Source: Lingula anatina | Lineage: Eukaryota; Animalia; Brachiopoda | Reading direction: 5' to 3' | Assembly (NCBI GenBank): GCA_051362555.1 | Contig: CM120646.1 | Location: 12,524,001-12,588,000 of the forward strand | Length of the DNA stretch: 64,000 nucleotides | Shown: positions 1 to 12,385 of the stretch, one piece after another | Layout of the letters: the number at the start of each line of letters is the position of its first letter | How positions within the stretch are numbered: position 1 is the first letter of the stretch | Translations under genes and position numbers: made by a program | The notes under the pieces: generated by a model | The model's database searches: none | What the model was told of the DNA's origin: nothing | The model's input: the letters and a program-made list of their open reading frames with translations, nothing else

Positions 1-3000
1 AACCACGACCATGGAATCTGGTATTATTGCTGTACCTTTCTCCATCATTATCATGATCTTCTTCCCCAGGTATTCTGTAGCCAGCTAAGTTCAGCATATC
101 TCTGCACATAGGATCAAAGGCGGGGTGAGGATTACCAGAGTGTCCCTGGATACTGGAAACAAATATATCACTTTATTTCACGACTTATTAAGATGTTTTA
201 AAAGCAAACTTTCACGCGTTTCAGGATTTTTTTCTGCGAAGTGTACATGACCTAGCTGCAGATATTTTACCGATCTCTCGAGAAGTACTGAGAATGTTAG
301 ACAAGTAATATGTTTTTTTCTCCATAGGTAAATGAACAGGACACAGTAAGACACGTTTATAGCAGATATACGTGATTGAATCTTTGTACTTTGTAAAAAT
401 ATCACTTCAAGGAAGCGCTAAAACTTATAAACGTCATTTTATTGCTGGTAATGTGGCCCTCCAGCTAGGTTTATACAGGAGTGCAGCTTGGTTTATACAT
501 TATTTATACATGTAGTATCTTACCCAGGCGCTATGTTGACCTTCAGGACCCAAGATTTCATGTTCTGTCCAGCAGTATACCAAACACTTACCCAGGTGCT
601 ACGTTAACTTCCAGGACCCAGGGCTTTAGGTTCTTGTCCAGCAGTATATCAAAGCCGAACAGTTCATGTCCACTGTATTTGCTCAGCAGGTACCTCTGTA
701 CTCCCTCAAACATATCTGGTTCCCCGCTGTTTAAAAGTATGAGAATAACCGTCACTGTACATTTAGGACTCAAAAACATCTGCCTTTCCTTATTTATTTA
801 CTTATTATTTACTTATTATTATTATTCAGTTGCTACAGGCAACAGAGAGGATAATTACTTTTAATAACAGAAATCAAATCGAAGGGTGTACTACCGGCGA
901 TAAACATGTGCATCAACCTTTAGAAAGAGAAATGTAAATTTAAAATAAAGTAACCTGATTATCGTCTTTAATGTGATGTCTTTGATCTCCTCCCAAATCG
1001 GCTCGTGGTCGGTTCCATCTTTAGTTTTCAAATGCTCCCATAGCTTATTAAATGACCTGACAACAATAGAAATAGCGTTTAAACTATTTCAGCACTATAA
1101 ATGCAACAGTTGTTCCAGATATACACCGACGTTTTAAAAACTGGATGACGCGAAATATATAATTAATGCTCTTAATTTGACAACTCTAGCCTATATCAGC
1201 CGCTTAGGAAAATGTATACTTCTCACTTATATTAATATATAATAATTTTAGTATTGGAGTATGTCAATGGTACCGATAGGTGGGCCAATGTTGGGAATTT
1301 ACGAGATGCTTGGTTGTCTGGTTGTTATACATAGTAAAATCAAATATGTGGGTAACCTTTTAACGATCTACATAAATGCAGGTGACACTTTGTTTCGTCA
1401 GGGGAGTATAGATGTTTGCCTTTAGTTGCATGTAACACCAGGAACAATTACTTGCGAATAGTAACGTGGGGGAATTCTATGTACAGTATAGCACACTTAC
1501 CATTTGTGTCCAGTTTGCATAGAGTAACGTAGTTTGTAGTCCGGGTTTTTCTTATTCACTTCAACGTTAGTGAGATGGATAGTTTCATCAAAGGCGCGTG
1601 TTGTAAACCTAAAATTAAAATATTTATATAAATAAACTACACTGGATTGCAACCGTACAAGATGAAGAAGTAGCTTTATGAGGCAATACAGTCTCTGTCT
1701 TTGTCAGAAATCATCCCGGTTTTGTGTTCTTGACTTGTTTTGAAAAACAAAGATATAAGACAATATAAACATTATTTCATGCACACTCTGCTCATATCTG
1801 GCTTCCCCGAAAAGAAATAAAAAATATACAGATGCTCAATAAAAGTTCCTTTCATGATCACACAATTTGAAGAAAAAAAATTAAAAGACATAATATCTTT
1901 GAAGACTGCACGATCAGTACAAGTCATTAATCATTGTATACTTGCGACATCAAAACTGTCACGATTGCCTTACATGAAAAATCAAAGAACTTAATTGTTT
2001 ATAAACGAATACGTACTTCTTAGTAGCAAATCTGACAAGGCCATCGCGGTACACATACACTCTCAGTGGGTCGACGCTTGTGACGAGGACTAAAACCCGC
2101 AAGTCAAACTTATATCCATTTATGAGAAAGGGGTTTGGAATGTATCTGGAAATGCACGAGCACGAGCCTCAGCATATATATAGTTTTCAACTTAAAATAA
2201 TTTGTAACAAACGAACAAAGAAAAAAAGCTTTTCCTCGTCAGAGGAGGTATGATGAAATCAGAAATGTAGGCCCAATTTATTTCATTGAAAAGTGGTGGC
2301 GATATTAAAGGAGTAAGACATACCTTTGCGCGACGCGTCTATGTTGTAATGGAATCTGTCCAAACTGATGAATCACTTCAATGCCTTTGCCTCCGTAAAA
2401 ACAATACTGGTGAATAAAAAATGATCCCTTGTGAAAAACAATTAACATATGTCAACACTCAAAATATACCTCGTACTTTACTAGTTAATTTCAAAGATTT
2501 AAAATTCAATAAAGACTGACCCGGTAGAACTTCAGACCTCCTTAGTTCGACCTACACCTGAAAAGTTTTGCCGCCACATACGAGCTAGGTTGTACTTATC
2601 TACTACTTCTTAACCCAAACTAAAGAATACTTTAAAAAATGATTTTCATTTAACAATATTACCGGTTTTAAAATCCACAGCTGGTTCTCTGGTCCGCTCT
2701 CCCAAGCCTTCTTAACTGCTTCCATCTCGTCAGGTGTCAGATAGGTAGGTGGGTGAAAATTAAATTGTTTACCGTGAGCCATCTTCATTTTTCGCATCTT
2801 ATGTGCTAGTTTATCCTTACAGCCGATAGACCAGTTGTTTGGTAGATGGTTATACTCAAAGAAGGAAAAATTAATACCTCTTATTTGTAATCGAACTGTC
2901 TCTTAGGTTAATACATTTTGTAGATTTTTACCATTGCATTTCGTTCAACTACTTACACATCACGATTTTGCATGTAATGCATCACAGAAAGATAAATCAT

Positions 3001-5131
3001 CATTAATATTGATAAGACCGTAATCTAATTACCCTTCGCCCACCGCACAAAAAAGAACTGGGCCCCGAATCTCGAAAGCATCGTGTATTGCGAATCGCTA
3101 TATCAAACAGAGACTACAATGTATTATATGGGGCGGGTATGTGCGAGTTATGGAATCGAGACGCTTGCGCATGGTCGCAATGCCCGATGCTTTCGAGATA
3201 CGGGGCCCTGAGGTTTTATAGTGTTTTACAGTGCATCAGTGCATTACTGTACATTTAAAGGACTATATTGTTCTGTCCGTGTTTAACAACTGGTGGGGAT
3301 GTTCTCATTTCTATTGGTAAAGGTATGAACATTAAATATCTTTTATATCATGTACATCAACGTGTTGTAAACATCATTGATGTTAGAAATCCGTTAACAC
3401 TAAGAAAGTGTTGCATAAGAATATAATTGTATGACCTATTTACATATACAACTGTATCTGACCTATCGATAGAATTAACTTTTGAATTCTGTGGAATTAA
3501 CCCGTTCGTATTACCTTTTTATTGGGTGTAATGGTTTTGAACATGTGTGTTTCACTTGGTGGGAAACACCCGGTGTAGCGCCCCACCCACATGTTATCAT
3601 CTGGAAATGCACTGTTGTTTTACTAAGTAAGATTTATAAAGCAGTTTGCAAATGCAAAGCTGTCACTGGTTTAATTAGACGCACTTTAATAAATAGATGA
3701 ACACGAAGGACCACCAGTAATACTTTCTCTAATTACCTTTTTTAAATAAAAGGGTTAATTTTCTATTTGATTTCAACATTGAAATAAATAGTTATTTATC
3801 TACCTTTTAAATGAATCCCAGCACAGGTAGAATTTTGTTTTTTAAACATGTAAGAATCATGTTAATGTACATACCATCAGTGAGGGTGTATCCAGACGCG
3901 AACGCTATGGAAGATATGAGAGGAGAGCCGGACTTGTACCAAAACAAACGACTCTTGATGCTATCTGGAAACGCCTCTCCTACAGCAATTAATGCAGGCA
4001 AGTGATAAATATTCACTTAATGCAAATTAATGAAGCATTTGATTCTGTTTAATTATGTTGCGAATAATTTGATTTTCTTCAAATTTGGGTCGCTTATCTT
4101 GTTTCCAACATACCAGCGTTTTCTTTAATATTTTACTCCAGGAGACACTTAAGATTGTTAATCTGACTGCATTAAGCGAAGATCCCCTAGGAGTTATAAT
4201 CTTAGCATTAGCTAGGATGACAGAATTCATTGTAAACGACCCCTAACAAATACAGGTTGCACCATAATAAATGGAGAACTTAATGAAATTAAGTGTAATG
4301 GTTGAAAATGCATATAGCATGGCACATAAAACGCAACGGTGAATTAGAACTTACTTTGTTGTCCAGGCAGCACAAAGTTAATGACAGGTGGAACATTAGA
4401 GAACAGGCTGGGTATCAGCGCAGGCAGTAAAGGCTCCTGTACCTTCCCTGAAATGGTTTTATATTGAGTAGAATAAATGATAGTGCCCTATGACTGCAAC
4501 CTTTTTTTTTAAATTTCGGAATAAATTATTTTGAGCAATGAGGGTATAATGATATTTAAGACTTTTCAAATTGCACTTTAACAAGTAAGTATACAAAATA
4601 ATTTATAATATAATATAATATAATGAGATAATTATGAACAGGGATAAAATATATATATGATGGATGGATTCTGCAGCAGTGCCTGTAACAATTAATAGAA
4701 TAAAGAAATATACATTTTCGAAATCAAACGCCACATTATTTTCTTCTCGTTTACCTTTAAGTGGTGTTAGTGTGGTGTCACCAGCATGGATTTGGGAACA
4801 TTCCTCTTCACTTGTCGATGTCCTTTTTAAGCAGTGGTCAACTTTAGGTTTTGGGTCTGCACATATCACTTCATATACTTTTCAATGAAAGGTAATATAA
4901 TCTTTATAATTTTGGGAAAAAGGGTTAAAACTAGAATACTTAACTACAACAATACGCGTACTATCTCATTGTTTGTCGCACATCTAAGATGATACAATAT
5001 TTCCACATGTCTTCAATTACAAAATTACAGCAGACTAAATTTAAAAAATACTTACCTTTGGAATAGCCAGGGTGATCAAAAGGAGTAAATATAAATACAG
5101 CCCATGCTACAAACGTCTTCAATTGAGCCAT
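1..5131 (-). CDS. TTLL4: TTLL4-like tubulin-tyrosine-ligase-family ATP-grasp ligase, spliced, 3' end outside the window
   Basis: Phase-consistent GT-AG exons: 5131-5056, 4856-4755, 4447-4355, 3979-3875, 3600-3515, 2854-2663, 2406-2324, 2145-2017, 1608-1501, 1056-955, 726-592, then 152-(36 or window edge). Motifs: [126 protein letters not shown]. These are collinear with TTLL4, but it is probably a divergent paralog rather than the orthologue. Confidence 0.9.
519..586 (-). pseudogene. Decayed tandem duplicate of the 3' half of TTLL exon 726-592, including its donor site
   Basis: cttacccaggcgctatgttgaccttcaggacccaag...tgtccagcagtata mirrors 587-648. It reads FGILLD(frameshift)[14 protein letters not shown]|gtaag. 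Confidence 0.75.
3059..3209. mobile_element. MITE with terminal inverted repeats, in a TTLL intron
   Basis: gggccccgaatctcgaaagcatcg ... cgatgctttcgagatacggggccc. Related termini occur at about 14459-14555 and 38354-38450. Confidence 0.7.
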
Positions 5132-5749
5132 GTTGTTTTTCAACTGTCACGCTGATGGGTAGGAAATTTAAGTACCTCAGTGACCCTATAATTAGGAAAG
5201 GTTAACCTGCTGGTAGCGGTGTTTAACATTCCGTCACACGCTGGTAACCACACACAGTATCACGAAGGCATATGTAGTAAATAATGCACTGTCCACGAGC
5301 CCGATATCACGATGCTATCGTGTATTTCGGGCGAGGGGGTAACAGCTGCTTTATTTGTTATACATACAAAGGGAAATCGTGCGTGTTCTCCACCCAACCC
5401 CACTAACTTTGAATACATACCACGGGGCTGATATCAAAACAAAAGGATTGCAGGGACAGATACAATGAATGAGACGGAGTGACTGCCACGTGCGAAAGAT
5501 GGGCAGGAAATCAGCCAACTACTCACAGAAAACCACTGACCCATGTCCCTGTCAATACACACGCAACCACAAACCATTCACGCAAATGAAAATGATTGGA
5601 CGGTGACCGCAATTAGGCAGTAAACGCGGGGAAAGTCCATTCTTTGATATCACCCCATGCGCACTTTGCTCAACCAGGGCTACAGATTGATTTTTCACTG
5701 GATATTTGAAGATTCTGTGTGGCCCATTTTTCCTCTGTGGCCCCATGAT

Positions 5750-6290
5750 GTAGTTAAATTTATTTATTTCCGTGACAATGCCGAATATATACAAATATAA
5801 TACAATAATGTGAATATATAAGTAACGGCCCAGCCCTATGGGCTTACAAAGTCACCGGTTACCAAACATTAGTTATATTGAAGCTTCTTTCTGACCTGAA
5901 AGCAGTTAAAGAGAAACCTCGCTGTGCTTCTATGAAAATCTGTAAAAAGCACCTGAGGTCTCTCTTTAACCTCTTCCAGGTCATGAAAGATAAGATCACC
6001 CACTTTTACTTTTTCAAACCATTTTTTCCTTAAATTTTTATAAATTGGACAATCAAATAAAAAATGATACTCGTCTTCTACTTTTTTTGTGTTACAAAGA
6101 ATACATAGTCTGTCATCTAATTTTTTTGTTAACAAAGCGGCCCGTTTCTACATATAATGGAAGAACCCCTGATCTAAATTGGGCCATGATCGATCTTTCT
6201 GCAGCTTTTAAATTATACTTAACATAATTTTCCACAACGAAATTTTCTTTTTCTTTTCTATAGACCCTTAACTTGTAATGCAAAAGATAA
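5750..6290 (-). mobile_element. 5'-truncated non-LTR retrotransposon (LINE) 3' end with C-terminal Cys/His zinc-knuckle region
   Basis: Frameshifted ORFs read ..RSIMAQFRSGVLPLYVETGRF / RLCILCNTKKVEDEYHFLFDCPIYKNLRKKWF. The 3' tail sequence (ttatttccgtgacaatgccgaatata) recurs at about 7040-7120. Confidence 0.8.
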
Positions 6291-6316
6291 ACACACACAC
6301 ACACACACACACACAC
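6291..6316. repeat. (CA)n microsatellite
   Basis: Direct observation. Confidence 0.9.
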
Positions 6317-6540
6317 TGGTGGAAAAGGTTGTCCCACCTCCAATGCCATGTGCTTTTATTTACAAATGATCAACTCACAGGTGTAAATTGAAATAAACGG
6401 TGCCTTTTATTCCAGATGCAATATCCATCATGATAAATGGTACAAACATACGAAATAGCGTCGAAGATACCCATATTTAATATCATTAATTCACATTTAT
6501 AACATGTAACCCTTCAAATGCCATGTTTCACTGTGATTTC

Positions 6541-6708
6541 CAGAGGCGGATTTAGGCCGTCTTCTAGGTCTTCCGGAAGACGGTCAGATTTTTAAGTTTA
6601 CATTGTCGGGCATCTAATGTTTTCTGTCAGAAGACGGTCAAAAATGGAGGATGGATCAACAAAGATAATTTGGAAGACTGTCAGAAAATATCTCTGGATC
6701 CGCCCCTG
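6541..6708. mobile_element. MITE of the CAG(A/G)GGCGGAT...ATCCGCCCCTG type
   Basis: Inverted termini, flanked on both sides by ATTTC (candidate target-site duplication). Confidence 0.65.
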
Positions 6709-6794
6709 ATTTCTACAGAGGTAAAGAAATGCATGTCCATTAAATTGAAAAGACACCACCAAATATCGCCAAATTCACACACAATTAGCATTAA

Positions 6795-7032
6795 GATACG
6801 TTTCTCCTACACCATTTTTATGCAGGCAAATGAGAAATATTCACTTAATGCAATTCAATAAAACGTTTGATTCTATTTAATTATGTTGCCAAAAATCTGA
6901 TTTCCTTCAAATTTGGGTCCCTTTTCTTGTTTCCAACATATTCACCAGCTTTTCTTATATTTTACGCATCTCCAGCTCGTTATGTAACCTGTTAATCTGA
7001 CTGCATTCAGCTCGGGTTCCCGAGGGGTTATG
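6795..7032 (-). repeat. Degenerate copy of the TTLL intron and acceptor segment at about 3968-4200
   Basis: atgcaggcaa.tga.aaatattcacttaatgcaa...cttcaaatttgggtc.ctt.tcttgtttccaacata...ttaatctgactgcatt is shared with 3992-4175. Confidence 0.75.
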
Positions 7033-8269
7033 TAGTTAGTTAGTTAAATTGATTTATTTTCGTGACAATGCCGAATATACATGTATACATATATAATACA
7101 TAATACAATAATATATATAGTGTGCATAAGCTAGGATGTTAACATAAAGGTCAGGTGCCGTGTGTGTTTACCGCGTGCTGCAATTATGTACTGATAGCAG
7201 CGTGCCTTGTTTTAAACAAGGGCAAGGGCAACAATTCTGTTTTGTGGGATATTGTTCTTCTGAAGGGCTTGGCGGAGTTGGTCCAGTTCATTAAGAGATT
7301 GGTGTTCCTCGACTCTGCATTGAACACTCCAATTCATGTCACAGGTGCTCAGTAGAGTTAACATCGGGGCACAAAGCTGGTTGCCCCATCCTCAGAACAC
7401 TAAGGTTCTTCAGCAAATCACTTGCCAAACGAGAATTGTTAAAGCAAGTGTGCTGACACGATGAATAATAATAATAATAATATATTAAGATTGCAACCCA
7501 GTGGGCTGAAGTTGTACATAGAATGTTAAAAACATTATAATGATAATAAAATGTTATATTTTTGAGTGAAACTGAGTTAAAATACTGCTACTTGAACTTT
7601 AGCATTACTTTACTGAGGATAAAAGACAACATTATAGTATTGGAAATTTAAAAGTGCATATGGAATAAAAGATCATCGGAATCTATTGTATTTATTATTT
7701 GTACTTAAAAGATGATTTGATTGCTCAATGAAAATGTGATTCAGTTTGCCAGAGGGTTCAGTTATTTTGTAAAAGCCCCCCTTTCACTGGACGGCGTCCT
7801 GTGATATTGCCCCTGTTTGAGAGTAAAAAGATTACACTTAACGTGCCGATAACTGACCGATCATTGAGCATTCATTTTGCGACCAAATCAATGCTGGTGC
7901 CTCCTATCTACGACCACAGTGATGGACGCACAAAGGACACAGTGTAAAGGCCCCTTAATGGCGGTGAGCTGCAGATAATTATCTGAAAATGGTTGCCAAA
8001 ATGCCAAACATGATGATCGAAGTTTTATTTGACTGTGCGCTATGACATTTAGTAAATGGTGCTTTCCAACCTCTAAGATAATTAAAAGTCATTAAAGCTA
8101 TCTAGAACAAATGTATCCTAACTGTACACGGTTTTCGTTGCTTGAAATAAAAAGCAACCTGAAATAAATAAAAACATAGTTTTTTCTTTACAAAAACATA
8201 ATGAGCAACCACGGCTACCAGTATTTTGATTAACTGTATTACCACTCAATTTTTGGTGCGTCAGTAGAA

Positions 8270-8397
8270 ACGACACGATATAATTGGATTATCATTCAGT
8301 TGCATCATTCTGCTGTCTGTCATAGTAAAGACTGGAAGCGAGGGGATCTTTGACGGTTGGATGTATTCGTCAAGTGGAAGTGCTTTTTAAGGGAAAG
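8270..8397 (+). promoter_or_regulatory. Distal paralogous Inr/non-coding first-exon module of peptide gene 1 (donor degenerate)
   Basis: Homologous to 10279-10413. Inr tcagtt is present but the donor is changed to gaaagt. Confidence 0.45.
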
Positions 8398-10278
8398 TAC
8401 TAACCCCTCGTTTTCGATCGAAAATGCTAGTTGTACAATGTTGCTAATGTAGATTCACTATATACATGTGATCATATTCCATTATTGCATAATGACATTT
8501 TTATTTCAAAACAATTGTAAAAATGTGCTCGAAGCAACAAACATCACTGTTATTATCATCATCACCATTTAACACACAGGCTAGTAATCCGAATAACTAT
8601 CTAATGTGGCATTGATACTAGTGATGCTTGTGATCCATTGTATTACTTATGTTTAGAGACTATAGTCATTATAATCTGACCATCGGAATCCATTCTGTAT
8701 CGGTACATGAGAGTAATGAACGCAATATAAGTTTTATGTAAGACGTAAGATGTAAAATGTTTTTTTTTTTAAATAATGGTGTATTTTTAAAATGGTCACA
8801 GTAAATATTCACGATGGATAATCATAAAAGCAACTTCGACACTAACATATAGTACGTATTCGCGACAGAAAAAGGCAACTAACACACTGTTGGTGCAGGA
8901 AATGGAGAATAAACAAAAAATACTTAAATGCGCAAAAACTTATTTATTGGGTTTTTACGACCACTATACTGCAGATAGTTACAAATATTCAAGCTCTCCG
9001 AACAAAAGGCATCATTTTATAGCTAAAAACAACCAATATTGCCAAACATACAAACCTAGCTGCCAAAAACCCTTAAACTAGGTGAATATATTTTTTTCTG
9101 CGACCACTTTAATGAAAATAATGCAAAAAAAGACATCAAAACTCCCCAGAACGAAAGACACGGACACAGCATCTTATTTTTGAAGTCTGTCTTTCGTAAT
9201 CAAAAAGGCGGCTTTGTTTTTAAAACAACACATTTTGATTTCAGACAGCAAAGATGATCAGCTATTTTTGATAATTGTTTATTGCCCAGGATTACATGCA
9301 GTTACAGCACATTTCTTTTGAAAATGGACATATGGGCATCAACAGTGTCCTTCCTTTTGCAAACTCTATAAATAATCTGGCCAGACACACCATATCTAGG
9401 GGCTATCTGGGAGAAATGTACACTGTATACCCTCCTCCATCAGAGTAGCAATTTCTTTTCTTCCTTCACTGCCGGCTCCTGTACGTTTGCCATGGTAGGA
9501 ATGTGACAGCCAGACGTATATTACACCTTTAATGACAAACTTTATATCGTTAGTAATGGATGAAAATTCATCACTGGTTACGCGAGCAATTAACCGCGAA
9601 TCACTTTTTACGATCGGTCCTCCAAGCCAAATAGTGCAGTCTTTACACAGGTGGTGCATTACTTCTTTAATGTTGGTGAATTGCTTGGAATAGTCACAGT
9701 ACACAAAAGACAACTAAGACACTCTTGGTGCAAAAAAGAGAGAATAAAACCAAAATACTTAATTGCGCAAAAACGCATTGAATTGGTTTTACAACCACTA
9801 TATTACAGATAATGCAAATAATACATCAATGCTTTCCGAACAAAAGGCATCATTTTATAGGCAAAAACAATCTTGTATAATGTGAAAAATAGACACTTGG
9901 TTTACAAAACCGCCGATCTTGTCTAGGAACAAGAACGTCACATCATTAATTTTGATAGTCATTTATCGCTCAGAATAGTAATAGTGCATATCCACCGTTG
10001 AAAGAGCAACTAAGACACTCTTGGGGCAGAAAAAAGAGAACACAGCATATTAACTCATCTGTTAAAAAGCTTTATAATTTACTGATTTTTTGCGACCACT
10101 GTAATACAAAAATACAAAAATACATCAAATCTTTTCAGAACAGACGGGTCTAAATTTTCCGAAATGTACATGTGTCTGTTATGGTTTGTTAAAATGCAAC
10201 CTGATAAATTAAGTCACAGTTTGTTTTTACTAAGGATACCAGCATCTTTGGATGATTGTATCACCACTCAATTGTGCC

Positions 10279-10413
10279 ACTAAATAGAACATATAATTGC
10301 ACTATCAACATTCAGTTGCCTCATTCTGCTCTCCGTCGAAGTGAAGACTAGAAGCAAGGGGATCTTTTAGGGTTGGTTGAATTCGTTAAGGTGAAGTGCT
10401 CATTAGGGTAAGT
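10279..10413 (+). promoter_or_regulatory. Putative core promoter and non-coding exon 1 (about 10314-10407) of peptide gene 1
   Basis: TATA-like taaata about 30 nt upstream of Inr TCAGTT, followed by a gtaagt donor at 10408. An acceptor (ttacag) lies 3 nt before the ATG, so an upstream exon is required. The module is conserved in the paralogs. Confidence 0.6.
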
Positions 10414-10888
10414 TCTCTTTTTTGGGAGTTAACAATAAGGGAACACAAACATGGCAGATAAAACTAAAATTTATGTACATTTAGAATTGGCAAGCCAATT
10501 AGAGAATGAAATTACCCCATAAGCATTACATCTGGACCAAAGCAAAGCGTAGAATTCATTAAGAGGCAGAACGAAAACTGGAAAAGGGGATTCACCCTAT
10601 GTTACTATGTTCACACAACAAGATTAAATGATAAGAATTGTTTGCAATATAGTGCTTTAAGAAATGTGAAAGAGATCATTTATGCCAATACCAAACATCG
10701 GTAGTCACTCAGCCATAACGACTCCTGCAGTTTTCAATCAGAAATGTTATTTGTATTGTGTGAATAATGTATTTATTTAATGAAGAAAAACATTTGCCTC
10801 TATTGTACGATTGCATTTTCCAATGCGTAAACAACAGATATTTGTACATCATACGTTGTATTTAGTATTCCGGCTGTAATTACAGGAT

Positions 10889-12385
10889 ATGGTCGGATCC
10901 ATAGTTGGCATCCTGGTGGCAGCATGTCTAACAGCTGCTGTAATTAAAGAAACAGAGGCGGTTTGCTGCAAAGCGGTTACAGGAGGTTTCTGCAAAGATT
11001 GCACTGTTGTAAGTTATCAGTTAATTTGCAATTCCGTGTTGATATGAATACATCAGCCATTGGTTTACTGAGCAACTCTGTTGTTTATGATCAAATGGAC
11101 ATGATTATTTTTGAATATTTACATATTAACTGTGCTTGGGAAATGAGACGGCAGCATGGTGAAATAGCAATAAATGGCAACCTTTTATAGTGGACTACCA
11201 CAGGGAGGATGGAACGCTGCCATAGTTTCCAAGCCCTCAATGCTATCTTTGTGGTCATCAGTGCTTTACATTTCGAGTGCTTTCACATCCCTGTTAAATT
11301 CACGCGTTTAGACTAATTTAGTGAATAAACATAATTTACAACCATTAAGTTGCTCTAACACAAAATATCACATCATAAATTATATTTTCTTTTCAGTAGC
11401 AGTACTCTAAAGCCATTCTGTTCCATGTCCCGGCTCCACACGCACACAGATTTATCATAATATGTAGCGTAGATCTAGCAATATGACATTTAAAAAAGGA
11501 TTGAAGAAATGGACCTAACGGTGAACAGATTTACTTAGTGCTGTTGTCATTCCAGGGGACCCCGTATTGCGGGTATCAGAGTTGCAATATTTTTGGCTGT
11601 GCTTGTGGCGGGGGATGTCGGAGAGACTGTGGTTACAGGTTAGGTGGTTACGGGTGAGTTTTATGAGAATTGGTCGATGGTATGAACACAATACCTAGTT
11701 ATTATAATTTTATTAATGCCGTGAACTATAAATGCTTAGTACATGCAGAGCACACCCTTTTTGAAGAATTACTGCAGAATAAAAAAATATCTAAAAACCC
11801 TTCACCTTTTTTTCGCTTAGAAATCATTACCTCAATATACTTGTATATGGCAATGTTCTATCTTTGATATCTAAAACTTTTACAAAAGGACAACCATTAT
11901 GGTTTTTGAGAGAAACCGACCGTCTACATGCACATGCACCAACAAGCGATCAGTGACAGATGAAGCAAGTGACACTGAGAGAGACAGGTACTAGTATACG
12001 GGGGTAGAAGGGGGGTAGAACTTGTTCCCTTAATATTAAAAAACATATACACATGTAAATCTCTTAAACTGTTTACTGTGCATTGGGCGCTTTTTGTGTA
12101 TTTTAATCTCATTGTGTAACCATAAGGCACAGATCGTATGTTGGAGAAATATATTTTCTTTTTATGTTTCTCAGTTCTAGAATATTTACTTTTCTCAATC
12201 CAAGACGTTTTTCTAAACATAATACATACATGTATCAAACATGTTTGCACAATTAAACTTGAAAAATATTCCAACAGTATTTCCCTTCAAAACAATTTTG
12301 TCTCAGAGATGATCACATTTTCAGGGATGCTTTGGTCGAAAAAAGAAGCATGGACGCAGATTCCATCGCCATGGCCGGAAACTAA
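10889..12385 (+). CDS. Mytimycin-like 12-Cys secreted peptide precursor, copy 1 (125 aa)
   Basis: Exons 10889-11008, 11556-11653, 11889-11987, 12325-12385. Signal MVGSIVGILVAACLTAAVIKETEA; mature VCCKAVTGGFCKDCTVGTPYCGYQSCNIFGCACGGGCRRDCGYRLGGYGTTIMVFERNRPSTCTCTN; then KR-SVTDEASDTERDRDALVEKRSMDADSIAMAGN*. Confidence 0.9.

Noticed and set aside
481-864. Plus-strand 127-aa ORF, and similar ORFs at 3482, 3811 and 4664
   Set aside because: Antisense to TTLL exons, with no independent coding signal.
9396-9713. Recurrent ORF ..SRxIARVTSDEFSSI..YVWLSxSYHG.. (also 15901-16173 and 50062-50268)
   Set aside because: It recurs only because the flank is duplicated. Starts and stops are inconsistent, the copy at about 35950-36170 is frameshifted, and no domain is recognisable.
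10585-10600. NF-kB-like site ggggattcaccc in the first intron of several peptide genes
   Set aside because: It mismatches the GGGRNNYYCC consensus, is not kept in all copies, and its conservation is explained by recent duplication.
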